Assembly (NCBI GenBank): GCA_024704765.1
Contig: JAKMXF010000332.1
Span: forward strand, 132,259-196,258
DNA from: Oopsacas minuta
Lineage: Eukaryota > Animalia > Porifera
Length of the DNA stretch: 64,000 bases
Reading direction: 5' to 3'
The notes beneath the pieces are model-generated. The model saw only the letters and a program-made list of their open reading frames with translations. It had not been told where the DNA came from and did no database searches. The position numbers and the translations under genes were made by a program. Of the stretch, positions 1 through 11,645 are shown one piece after another (the stretch's first letter is position 1; every line of letters begins with the position of its first letter).

Positions 1-1843
1 TTGAAACGATGGAGCAACTGCCATTAAGGGTTTTATAATAGAAATATCACAACTCGAATAATTAGGATTTGTTAGTTATATTTCCCTGATATTCCTTTTA
101 TACTTGACTTAAGATTGATCGAAATACATTGTATGATCGTTTGGAATGTATTCTTTAAGTATAGGTAATAATTACATGTGGTTTGCATGCCACTTTCCTA
201 AACCATTTGTTGTTCAACTCAGTAACCAGCAAACAGCATTCCAATTATACTAAATTTTGTATGTAATAGATACTGGTATAACTATGAACACATCAACAAA
301 TCTATACAATAGAAATTACATCTGAAACCACATATTTTTACCACACTTCTCATGTTTAATCTCAAGCATATTTACCATATTTTAGGTGATTGTTGGTTGT
401 AAAGAAAATTTATGTAAATAATCCCATAATCAAATAAATTTCTCATTCGGATCGTTATATTGTCTTCCGATAACAATAACTAGTAAATAGAATTTGATTT
501 GGCCACATTAATCCCAAATTAGGCGATGTACCTAGTACGTAGCTTATTACAACTTCCTAAATCAAGAGAGAATCGTCTTGAGTGAGTTACTAATTCTCAC
601 TCGATTACCTGAATTTGTCCTAATTAAGCGGAGTTGACTGTCTAATAATACTGGCATTGTAGGGACGCAGGAATCACAAACTTACTGTTGCAGCATTCAT
701 CACATCTCACCATTAATATACATTGCTAATTATTGGTTCGGAGCGACCGCCGAACCTGTTACACGACCTCATAAGGCCCAGTACTGTAAACTTCCGTTAT
801 AAGCTAACATCAATTATATGACTAAACTCACGCTATAACAAAGTGATTCAGAAACCTCCTCCAGCTTGAAAGTATTGATCTTACTCCGCATATATCCTAA
901 TGCTGCAGATCACGAAATGTAACCGGGTTCCGTACCAGTCCAGAACACTTCGTTATAATGAGAATGTGTTGCAGTTACAAACTGATTACACTTGCTCAAG
1001 TTTATCTATAATAGACATTTGACCCCACACATTTGGTTCAGGCAAGAAATACCACCCGTATTATATTAGCTATCCAAAACTTGATACTTTTGCTCTGCAC
1101 TGGCTAAACATTATCGGGGTATTACAGGGCAAGTGTCAACCCCATACTTGCCAACATGAGTGAAGATAAAATGCGGGACAGAAGGGGCTAATTGAGCGGG
1201 ACATCGTCGGATGCAGCATATTTGTATTAGACTGGACTACAAAATAGAGGGACAATTAAGGGTTTTGTCAAGTTTTGGCTGGACATTAGCCTCATTGGCA
1301 GTCAACACATATTCGGGGCGAGTAATCGTGGTGTCCCGCCAACCAACGGAACAGTTGGCAAGTATGGTACGTTTGAACGACTTCACATACAGGATGCAAT
1401 TTAGTTGCATGCATAATATGAAATGAAATGTTGCATTGTATATTTAGTGTTGCATTGTATATTTAGTGTTGCAGACAGAATTATGTAATAACCAGCTTTC
1501 CTTCAAAGTAACAAGAATTACCTGCAGTGAAATACACTGAATAGCAAACAAATGAGCATGAAAGAGTAGAGTAACAAGCGTGTATAACCGCAATATCAAC
1601 AGTATGAGCATTCCTATGGTAGTGGAATGCATAAATCAATACAATTTGACTATAGTGAGTAATACAATTTTCCCCATAGGATTTGGCTTAGGGAGTAAAT
1701 TTTTCGTAACTTTGTCAATTTTAATCCGATTTTGGATTTCTTTAGCTCTATCAACTTCTCTCAAGGAGTTCTTGAACGGTGCATATAGGGATTTTTGACC
1801 ACATTAAAAAAGTTGGGGGGGTGTAAGATTCTGCAATTGTACC
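1..1843 (-). mobile_element. Merlin (ISXO2-like) DNA transposon, subfamily A, copy 1 (runs off the left edge of the window)
   Basis: 1-1843 is a close copy of 13738-15558. It ends in the long TIR ...gggggtgtaagattctgcaattgtacc (1843). The transposase ATG lies at 24 on the minus strand (MAVAPSFQ...), so the rest of the ORF is outside the window. A 19-bp tandem duplication (tgttgcattgtatatttag x2, ~1429-1466) is specific to this copy. Confidence 0.88.
1142..1367. mobile_element. 226-bp MITE nested in Merlin-A copy 1
   Basis: Perfect 14-bp TIRs ccatacttgccaac / gttggcaagtatgg and internal gggaca/tgtccc motifs. Second copy at 14878-15103. No TSD seen. Confidence 0.65.
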
Positions 1844-1847
1844 CTTA

Positions 1848-2557
1848 TTGCTACCTGCTGCTCCTGGAAGGAAATCTGCTCCTGTTACTAGTGCCAATTC
1901 ACAGAAGAGGTTTTCCCCAGGTCTTGAGTCTCCTTCATTCGATCAAGTGAGGGAAGAGATATACTCAGAGGTAGCCTCTCTGATATCAGAGAATGAAACA
2001 CGTCTCTACCACATGCTGAAGTTCCTTCGTGCAGTTCGATCACTCAATACCGATTATCTGATACAATGTGGTCTGAGTTCTCTGAATCGTGTGATCAATA
2101 ATTATCAGAATCCTGATGTGATCGACTTCTCTGCTATCTCACCACCTCCACCTGCTTCTTTCCTACCTTGTGCACAGATGTCAGAGAGACAGCAGCAGAT
2201 GAAGGAGAGAAAAGAGACCGTGTACTCTCCCACCCAGAACTTTCCCATCGACGGACACTACTACCTGAACACGAGCCTGTCCGACTCAAGTGAAAAAGTT
2301 GATAAGCGAAGTTTCCCTCCAGCTTATCAGCTGTCTGGAGCAGTAGACCAGCACTACTCACTAGGTGACAAACCTCACGACTTCAAGGAAATACGAATAG
2401 CTGTTTCTGATGAAGATAACATCTCAGAGGTCACTGCCTATCCAAGTGAGGGTGACTTTGAGGAGGGTGTTGTGTCTGCCTGGAAACAACAAGTAAGTAC
2501 CCTTGTAATTCTTCTGACTCATTTCTTGGACGAGCATCTGGATGAATGTTGTGAGGC
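1848..2557 (+). CDS. PCM1: Pericentriolar material 1 (PCM1)-like protein, C-terminal domain fragment (partial, both ends unresolved)
   Basis: Open, GC-richer frame. REEIYSEVASLISENETRLYHMLKFLRAVRSLNTDYLIQCGL resembles human PCM1 RDTIYSEVATLISQNESRPHFLIELFHELQLLNTDYLRQRAL (recalled), and LLTHFLDEHLDECCE resembles VIPFLKEHMDEVCS. Homology stops at the N at 2558. Possible acceptor ttttccccAG at 1919-1920. Confidence 0.8.
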
Positions 2558-2558
2558 N

Positions 2559-4679
2559 CAATTATTTCTGTTGACATTTGAAATTGAGCGACAATAATTC
2601 TATTAAGTATGCTTTAACAATTACTTGTGTTGACAATTGAAATTGAGTGATAATAAGTCTATTCAGTGTTCTTTATCATATATTTGTGTTCACATTTGAA
2701 ATTGAGTAACAATATTTTTCTTAAGTGTGCTTTAACAATTATTTCTGTTGACATTTGAAATTGAGCGACAAGAATTCTATTAAGAATGCTTTCACAATTG
2801 CTTGTGTTAACATTTGAAATTGAGTGAGATTAAGTCTATTCAGTGTTCTTTATCATATATTTGTGTTCACATTTGAAATTGAGTAACAATATTTCTATTA
2901 AGTGTGCTTTATCAATAATTTCTTTTAACATTTGAAATTGAGTGACAATAATTCTATTAAGTGTACTTTATCAATCATTGTGTTGACAATTGAAATTGAG
3001 TCACAATAATTCTATTAAGTATGCTTTCACAATTGCTTGTGTTAACATTTGAAATTGAGCGACAATAATTCTATTAACTATGCATTAACAATTACTTGTG
3101 TTAACATTTGAAATTGAGTGATAATAATTCTATTAAGTGTAGCTTATCAATCATTTGTGCTGACAATTGAAATTGAGTGACAATAAGTCCATTCAGTGTT
3201 CTTTACCATATATTTGTGTTAAGATTTGAAATTGAGTAACAATATTTCTCTTAAGTGTGCTTTATAAATTATTTCTGTTGACATTTGAAATTGAGCGACA
3301 ATAATTCTAATAACTATGCTTTAACAATTACTTGTGTTGACATTTGAAATTGAGTGAGAATAAGTCTATTCAGTGTGCTTTATCATATATCTGTGTGGAC
3401 ATTTGAAATTGAGTGACAATACGTATATTCAGTGTGCTTTATCAATTATTTGTGTTGACATTTGAATTTGAGCAACAATTATTCTATTAAGTATGCTTTA
3501 ACAATAACTTGTGTTAACATTTGAAATTGAGTGACAATAAGTCTATTCATTCTGCTTTATCATTTATCTGTGTTGACATTTGAAATTGAGTGACAATAAG
3601 TCTATCAGTGTGCTTTATCATTTATTTGTGTTAACACTTGAAATTGAGTGACAATAATTCTATTAAGTATGCTTTATCATTTATTTGTGTTAACATTTGA
3701 AATCAAGTGACAAATTTATATTACGTGTGCTCTATGCCAGCCTTGTTTTGATTTTTCAAAATCAGTGACAATAATTCTATTAAGTTTGCTTTAACAATTA
3801 CTTGTGTTAACATTTGAAATTGAGTGGCAAAAATTCTATCAAGTATGATTTATAAAGTATATGTGTTAACTTTAGAAATTGAGCGAGAATAAGTCTATTA
3901 CGTGTGCTTTAACAATTACTTGTGTTAACATTTGAAATTGAGGGACAATAATTCTATTAAGTATGCTTTAATAATTACTTTTGTTAATATTTGAAATTGT
4001 GTGACAATAATTCTATTAAGTATGCTTTAACAATTGCTTGTGTTAACATTTGAAATTGAGTGAGAATAAGTCTATTAAGTGTGCTTTATCATTTATTTGT
4101 GTTGACATTTGAAATTTAGTGACAATAAGTGTATTCAGTGTGCTTTATCATTTATTTGTGTTAACATTTGAATTTGAGTGAGAATAATTCTATTAAGTAT
4201 GCTTTAACATTTGCTTGTGTTAACATTTGAAATTGAGTTAGAATATGTCTATTAAGTGTCCTTTATTAATTATTTTTGTTGACATTTGAAATTGAGTGAC
4301 AATAATTCTATTAAGTATGCTTTAACAAGCACTTTTGTTAACATTTGAAATTGAGTGACAATAATTGTATTCAGTGCGCTTTATCATTTATTTGTGTTAA
4401 CATTTGAAATTGAGCCACAATAAGTCTATTAAGTGTGCTTTGACAATTCTTTGCGCTAATATTTGAAATTCACTGACTATACTTTCTATTGCATCCTTTA
4501 TTAATTCTTTAGGGAGACATTTGACCTTTTGTGAAACGAATTTGTTTTGTATACTTTCTCATTTATATGGTTGACATTCGAATTTCAGTGAAATACTTTG
4601 TATAGTATATTTTCTTAATTATGGGTGTTGACTTTTGAAATTCAGTGACCCTTCTTTGATTAGTATTCTTTGTCAATTA
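2559..4679 (+). repeat. Tandem satellite, ~59-bp monomer, ~35 copies, with a partial ~178-bp trimeric higher-order structure
   Basis: The motif ttgaaattgag recurs about every 59 bp (approx. 2578, 2637, 2696, 2756, 2815, 2874...). Consensus ~acatttgaaattgagtgacaataattctattaagtatgctttaacaattacttgtgtta. It degenerates after ~4440. Confidence 0.95.
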
Positions 4680-4866
4680 CAGTAAACTTTGGATTTAAAC
4701 ACACTTGTTTGGGTAGGCAAAAAATGTTGTCATATCCCATTTGTCGCTTAATCCTAGGATTCTTTATATATGCATTATATACAGTATAACACCCAAATTT
4801 ATTCTTGTTATACGATGTAGTATACTGTGTTGTTGTATTATCTTTATAATCATGTCATGAATATGA

Positions 4867-7729
4867 TTAGTTTGACTTGAAAAAGCTAGTTATTGATGCC
4901 TGCCGCAATCGACTCAGTTGATTTTCTGCCAAGAAGTTTTGAAGATCGCTGACAGACTGAATCTGTTTCTCTGAGCATGGGAGGGTGAGCAAGAACTTCA
5001 TAACGGTATCAAGGCATGAGACAACAGTGTCGAATGACGGAACATGTATGTTGAGGGGATATTCATTGTCTTCATTTTAGATATCGATATCGTCATCACT
5101 TGGAGGGTGCACACTATTAAAGATATCGTCAATTTCGAAACCATTTGCACCAGGTCCAATTGCAACACCATCATCCCGAACAACAAAGTCCTCAAATGAT
5201 AAGCCATCCGAAACAAGCCCTGCTTCTTCAGCACTGCTCCAAATTGATATGTCAGGTGCTGAGGTTTCTTCAGTGGCAGGTAAATCCTTGAACCCAACAT
5301 GCTAATAGTAATGCTTGATGGTTGTGGGGGTGACATGATCCCAGGACATTTTTAGCCAGTCCAAGGCCTGGAGCAAGTCAAGTTGAACCCCGTTTCAGAA
5401 TCAACTGCCAATAAACGCTTCCTAACAAGAAACCGGTGGTAGTGGTGCTTGAGGTTCTTGATTATACCTGCGTCCATGGGCTGAGTCAAAGATGTTATGT
5501 TGGGTGGAGAAAGAAGGGGTTGACATGGGACAAGTTAAGGATCGGATGACCTGAGAAGTTGTCAAGAATCATGGCGATTTTCCTGTCATCAAATCTCTTA
5601 GAATTGTTCAACTTCCTTAGCCATTTCTCAAAAATCTCACTTGTTATCCATGCGGTTCGATTGGCATCATACTCCACTGGAAGATTCACGACGCCTCGGA
5701 AACTGTGGGGGCGCTTACTCTTTCCAATAACGAGTAGCGGAAACCTCTCCCCAAGCGCACTAGCTGCTACCAATACAGGGTGACAATTAAGTTCTGATAC
5801 ACGAATATACTCTGGTTTTTCCTAAACTAGTTATTCTTTCAATCCAAATTTTCACTGACAGTTAAAGCATATTATAATAAATCCTCCTATCCAATTCTAT
5901 TCGATATAACCGCCTTTTAACTTTACTACAGCTTTAAGTCTTCCTTGAAACTGTTGGACAGATTTACGGAGTTCTTCTTGCGGAATTTTCCCTCATTCTG
6001 TAATCAAAGCCTTCCGCAGAGATTCCAAATTTCCATGCGGAGTAGCACAGCCTCTGCTCTCTAAAGTCCCCAGATGGAATTGTCAAGTGGATTCAAATCC
6101 GGACTTGAAGGAGGCCATTCTTCCTTGGACAAAAAGTCAATATTTTACCCTAAAAGCCAGGATTGAGTTGCTTTCGAGGCATGCGCTGGCGCAGAGTCCT
6201 GCTGGAATATCCAGGGTGTGTTGTTGAACAAGGATGAACCAGCAGATTTGATTTCAGGCTCAAGAATCAACTCTCTATATGTTTGCGAGTTAATTTTGAC
6301 CCCTTGTGGGACAAAAATCAATTTTGTCCGAGAATTTGTGGATACCCCAGCCCAGACCATCACAGAAAGGGGTCTTTGCACTCGATCGATGAATTTAATG
6401 CTCTCAGGGATGTCTTTGCATGACGACGGTTTAATTCTATCATTTTGACGGTTAGTTGCTTCTTCTACCGTGAAAATCTTTTCGTCCAAAAACAATATGT
6501 GTTCATAATCTTCATTTACGAGGCGCCGCAGAAGCCTTTTGCACTTTTCAAGTCTTTTTACCCGAAGAGTGGGAGTGAGATGATGAACTGTTTGTCGTTT
6601 GAGTAATTTAAGTCCCAGGTCTTCATGTATCACCTTTCACAATGTTTCGCGATTAACAGAGTGCTCCCTTGCCATCTTCCGGATTGACCGCCTGGGATTT
6701 CGGCGGATTTTACTGCGAGTTTTTCCCTTAGTGCTCTCGTACGAACTGTAGTCGGTCGGCCAGAACGAGGCTTGTCTTCCACACTTTTGGTATCGTTATA
6801 TCGTTTAATAGTACGATAAATGAATAATCTGTTGATCTTTTCACTTTTCAGACTTTTCAAAATCTCGCTCTATATGCTCCCGGTCATTATTAATGAGATA
6901 ATTTTTGACCTCTTTACTTCCATGTTGAAATTTCTGATATTATGTGTATATAGATTTGGATTACTGTTTCAGCATAACAGGAAGACATATATGTTAGAAT
7001 ATAAATGATAGAAATGGTAATATAAAATATTGGTAACGTATCAGATCTATTGGAACTATGTATCAGAACTTAATTGTCACCCTGTACAGTGAGGCGTTCC
7101 TTAGAGCGCTTGCCTCCTTTGTACAAGTCTCCTCGGAAAGACAAAGTTCTGTCTGGTGTCATCTTCCAGAATAGCCCAGTTTCATCAGCATTGAAAATAT
7201 CCTTGTCTTCAAACTCTTCTCTGATCAGTTTCAGCTGCGTTGATATCCAGTTGCCAGCACCAGCGTGATCTGCTGATTGACTCTCACCCGAGATTTGACG
7301 GCTGGTGATGTCATGGTGCTTCTTCCAACGATCTATCCAATTCAGATCAAGGAACACAGGTTAAAGGTAGCCAGGCACATTTCGTACTTTCAGTTTCTCC
7401 GCGATGCACATCGACTGTTCTAGAAGAAAGGGACCGGTGACTGAGTCATCTGGAGCTGTGCTCTTCAAACAACGAAACCACTCAAGCAGTGCAGTATCAA
7501 TCTCTGGGTATCGAGACAACTTTGTGCTCTTCGAATCATGATTTGATGCACTTGCGATGGAAGTTTCAATCATCACCCGATCTTTCAAGAAGCCAGCTAG
7601 GGTCCCATGTGAAATGCCATGTTTCTGCTTCAAGAATGGTCGCTTAGCTCCTGCACCAAGCTCCTTCAAAATTTTGTATTTTTCAGCAAAAGAGAAGCGC
7701 TTCCTTTTGCCAAGTCCGCTCGAATCCAT
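4867..7729 (-). pseudogene. pogo/Tigger transposase pseudogene (CENP-B HTH + DDE_1), split by an insertion at 5776-7084
   Basis: MDSSGLGKRKRFSFAEKYKIL...; IFNADETGLFWKMTPDRT; KERLTV|LVAASALGERFPLLVIGKSKRP; ILDNFSGH; QPMDAGIIKNLK; C-terminal SITSFFKSN*. Contains frameshifts and stops. Confidence 0.9.
5776..7084 (-). mobile_element. maT/DD37D Tc1-mariner element (1309 bp), defective transposase ~5897-6923
   Basis: Perfect TIRs cagggtgacaattaagttctgatac and a TA duplication. Motifs LFLDEK, VMVWAGVS and FQQD-(37 aa)-D in WPPSSPDLNPLD. Confidence 0.95.
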
Positions 7730-8107
7730 GACGATTAAATTTTAACATTACATTGTACATACAATAGCTTTTAATATGCGTTTTCGTAAGAAGCCAAATG
7801 CTGTTGATTCAAAAGGAGATTTTAATTGTTTTGTATTTACATCAATTATTAAAACCCTAACAATTCACTAGTACACTTTTCTTAAGTCCACAGTATAGAC
7901 AGCCTAAAAGTCGTAATATCCAATTGGATTTGCATGGAGCAGGCAGAGAAATATGTCACTAAATTCAATGTGTCGTTATCTGACAGGTCGTTAAATATCC
8001 GAGGTATGGTGTGTGCAGAATAACGCTGCGAGATTCTGGGCAAGCAAAATGAGTGGTTATAAGCGATTTGTCGTTAAAGCCGATGTCGTTATATCCAATG
8101 TTTACTG

Positions 8108-10560
8108 TATCAGCAATCATTCACTAATATAATGCTCATACTTTACATTTCACGAAATTCCAAACCAAAGAAAGCATTTGTTAACATCTGAACTCTTCAA
8201 ACATTTCACAGCCAATATATACTCTCCACACACAGAATTGTGAAAATATGCTAAACCAATGGTTGTCACACAATATCAAATGTCAGCAATTATTCACTAG
8301 TTTAGTGCTCTATACTCAGGTTTCACAAGATTCTGAGACAAACAAGGCATTTGTTAACAAATGCCTTGTTTGTTTAAGAATTTTGTGAAATGCTAAGTAT
8401 AGAGCAATATATTAGTGAATAATTGCTGACATTTGAAATTGTGTCAGAACTATTTATTTAGTCTACTTTCACAACTCTGGGTGTGGATATGATTTATTGG
8501 CTATAAAATGTTTGAAGAGTTCAGCTATGAACAAATGCTTTGCTTAGTTTGGAATTATGTGAAATGCTAAGTATAAAGCAATATACCAGGTTGTCCAAAA
8601 AGTTCGCGGAATTGCAAATATATTTTATTTATCAATGATCGTACTCAACTAATTATTGTCCATAGTTTTCAATAAATTCACCCTTAACTCGATACATTTC
8701 TTCCATTTTGAAGGGAGGTTATTTATTCCTGTGGTGAAGAATTTTTCAGGGGTACCTTGAATCCATGAATTTACAGCGGACCCAAGGTGCCCAAAATCGC
8801 TGAAACGTTTACCTATAAGTGGTCTTTTCATTTCTGAAAAAGCCAGTAGTCGCTGGGCGCTAGATCTGGGCTGTATGGGGGATGTGGGAGTAATTCGAAC
8901 CCTAAATGACGAATTTCATCCAAAATTCGCCTGGTGGTATGGGTTGGAGCATTATCATGCTGAAGCAAAACATGAGAACTCAACTTGCCACGCCTCTTAG
9001 ACTTGATAGCTTCGCGCAATTTCTTCAGAACTTGAACATAGTATTCAGTATTTATTGTTACTTTGTTAGGTAAGCAATCAATCATGACTATTCCCTTTGT
9101 GTCCCAAAAGAATGTTTCCATCCGTTTACCTGCTGATGCGACGGCTCTGGGTCTAATAGGAGTTTGCTTCATGCCTACGCTTCCATTGACTCGTCTGTAA
9201 ACTTGTCTTAGGCTCATAAAAATGTAACCAAGTCTCGTCCCCTGTGACTAAACGATCAAAGAACCTTGGCTCCTTCTTAGAAATCCGTAAGAGCTGGCGA
9301 CAAACACGAACCTTTTCAATCCTTTGAGATTCAGATAACAAATTGGGAACCCAACGAGAAAGAACTCTCGACATTCCCAATTGTCCAGTTAGAATCTCAT
9401 TAAGTATTGATTTTGACATCCCAATTCTTCCTCTAACTGCCACAGAGTTACACGTCTATCTTTATCAAGAATGTTTGATATAATTTTGATATTTTCTTGG
9501 TTGGAACATGTTTTCGGACTTCCAGGTCTTGGGTTATCATCAACAATTGAATGCCCATCATTAAATCTGTCAATCCATTTGTAAACCATCGATTTACCAG
9601 GGCATTTACTATCATAAACTTTTCCATATCGTAGAGAATCTCGCTTCCACTTTTATTTTGTTACCAGAGAAACCAAATGATATATCGTTTCCCATCTTCT
9701 GAATTTTCCATTTTAGGAAAAATACGACAATCGTAAATGAAGCTAAAAGAATACCTAAACCAAACCTTTTGATTACAAAAGTTAGGATAATTGAGAAAAG
9801 GGATATTAGAATTAATCGAAACAATAGGCTAATTGATAGAGTGTATATACCACAAACTAGGGATAAAATTCCGCGAACTTTTTGGACAACCTAGTACTAG
9901 TGAATAATTGCTGACATTTGAAATTGAGTGACAACAATTTGTCGAGTTTAGTTTCACAATTCTGTGTGTGGATACTATCTATTAGTTGTAAAATGTTTGA
10001 AGAGTTCAGCTGTTAACAAATTCTTTGTTTGTTTAGAAATTTGTCAAAAGTTTAGTATCGAACAATTTACTATTGAATAAATGGTGACATTTGAAATTGA
10101 GTTACAAAACTTTGTTTAGCATACTTGCAAAATTCAGTGTGCGGAAATTTGAAATTGACTGAAATGTTGGTAGAGTTCTGCAGTTCACTGATCGTTTGTT
10201 TGTTTTGATATTGAGTAAAATGATATATATTGAACAATATACAAGTGAATAATTGCTGACATTTGAAATTGAGTGACAACAATTTCTATAGTTTGCTTTC
10301 ACAATTCTGTGTGTTGAACTATGAAGATGACAGTGAAATGTTTGTATAGTTCAGCTGTTCAATTCTAAATAGTTACGATTGGAAATTGAGTTTAATGCTG
10401 TGTATAGAATAATTATCATGTGAACATATTCTCATATTGCATACTGGGGAGACATACTTAGTAAAGTATACTTTTGGAATTCTAAGTGTTGTTATAGTTA
10501 ACGAGTGTGGAACATTTGTATAGTTCAATTGTTCAATTCTAACCAGTTACGATTGCAATA
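8108..10560. repeat. Diverged ~173-bp derivative of the 59-bp satellite; inverted arm 8108-8355, forward from 8356, interrupted by a mariner
   Basis: gacatttgaaattg at 8428, 9913, 10086 and 10258 (period 172-174 once the mariner is removed). Reverse-complement copies at 8110-8355. Perfect 36-bp palindrome at 8338-8373. Confidence 0.85.
8586..9894 (-). mobile_element. mariner (DD34D) element, 1309 bp, frameshifted transposase ~8649-9711
   Basis: 28-bp TIRs c(c/t)aggttgtccaaaaagttcgcggaatt with TA flanks. Motifs WVPNLL, VTGDETW and QHD-(34)-D in HPPYSPDLAPSD. Confidence 0.95.
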
Positions 10561-11081
10561 TTCTCTGAATGAATTGCGGGCACCGAACTCCCCGATCGAG
10601 GTAAATCAGTGACATCAGCATCACCAGATAAAAATGGGTAGCCCATAGCTCTACAGTAGATCTGGAAGGGCAACCCACGCACAATATCATCTGTAACTTG
10701 CTGAAGATCTGTACGGGCTGGATCTTGAGTTTTGTCGAAACACTATGTAAGTTCGTCACTTGAGGTTGAAGTTATCATCCTTTGAAACCATAAATTGGAC
10801 AGTAGGTATAAATTGACCACGCATAATTATCTCAAAAATTCATAATTTGTATTGAATATGCTTGAAACTTTCAGTATATCGAGTTGAACTATATGGGCTT
10901 ATAATATATGAAAGTTAGATATATTACTTGATAAATTCCTGAGATATACATGACCCGCAAGACTTCTTGAACGCCCTGATAAGCACAGATACCGTAACTA
11001 CAGACACTTCACTGGGTATAGCCATTGATTATTAAAAGTCTATAAAATTTTCGAGGAAATTTTCATATTCTTAATGATATC

Positions 11082-11645
11082 GAATTGGTAAATTTGCACG
11101 AATATATATACTTGATTGATAATAATCAAAACAAATCATGTGATCCCATTATTTCCATTTCGAAATGACGTCATATGTTAGGTTAAAAAGGCAATATGTT
11201 GCCATTTTAAATATTTCTTTTTGTCAAATCAGTCCTCCCAATATGTACTACATACCACTCCCCATGTCCTTAAAATTCAATTGGATTCGAGTACTCCAAT
11301 CACTATTGTATAAATCATTATAATGAGGAAATATGAGCATATTCACGATTGCGTTACACTGGTTGGAGAAAAATGTAGCACCCATGGTATCTAATATTAC
11401 ACAATAATAGGACAAATATATATTTTATGTATAAACATCCTCGGACCACTTGATAATAATCCTAAAATCAAAGACGTACTTAGTGGTCGTTTATAAGAGT
11501 TATAATAATGGAGAGATTTTAACAACATATTGCCCTTTTAACCAAACATATGATGTCATTTCAAAACGGGAATAGTTGAATCGTATGACATGCGTTGATT
11601 AGTAATTATCAATAATACACATATTCGAGCAAAATGTACCAATTC
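11082..11645. repeat. Old foldback/MITE with degenerate inverted arms of at least 120 bp
   Basis: ~11082-11201 (gaattggtaaatttgcacgaatat...aaatgacgtcatatgttaggttaaaaaggcaatatgttg) is the reverse complement of ~11523-11645. Weaker similarity extends outward. Confidence 0.6.

Larger units (their letters stand above)
4680..8107 (-). mobile_element. pogo/Tigger-family DNA transposon (~2.1 kb) interrupted by a maT element
   Basis: Imperfect TIRs cagtaaactttggatttaaacac (4680) / cagtaaacattggatataacgac (8107, reverse), with TA on both flanks. Encodes CENP-B-type HTH and DDE_1 motifs. Confidence 0.9.

Noticed and set aside
1211-1798. Short ORFs repeated at 1211/14947 and 1580/12057 as conserved small genes
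   Set aside because: They recur only because they lie within duplicated Merlin/MITE sequence, and their stops are not conserved between copies.
2493-2498. GTAAGT as the splice donor ending the PCM1 exon
   Set aside because: The sequence beyond it still matches PCM1 (FLDEHLDECC vs FLKEHMDEVC), so read-through is more likely, though not excluded.
2559-4679. Regular ~59-bp array as a CRISPR locus
   Set aside because: The whole unit repeats with no unique spacers, there are no cas genes, and the context is eukaryotic.
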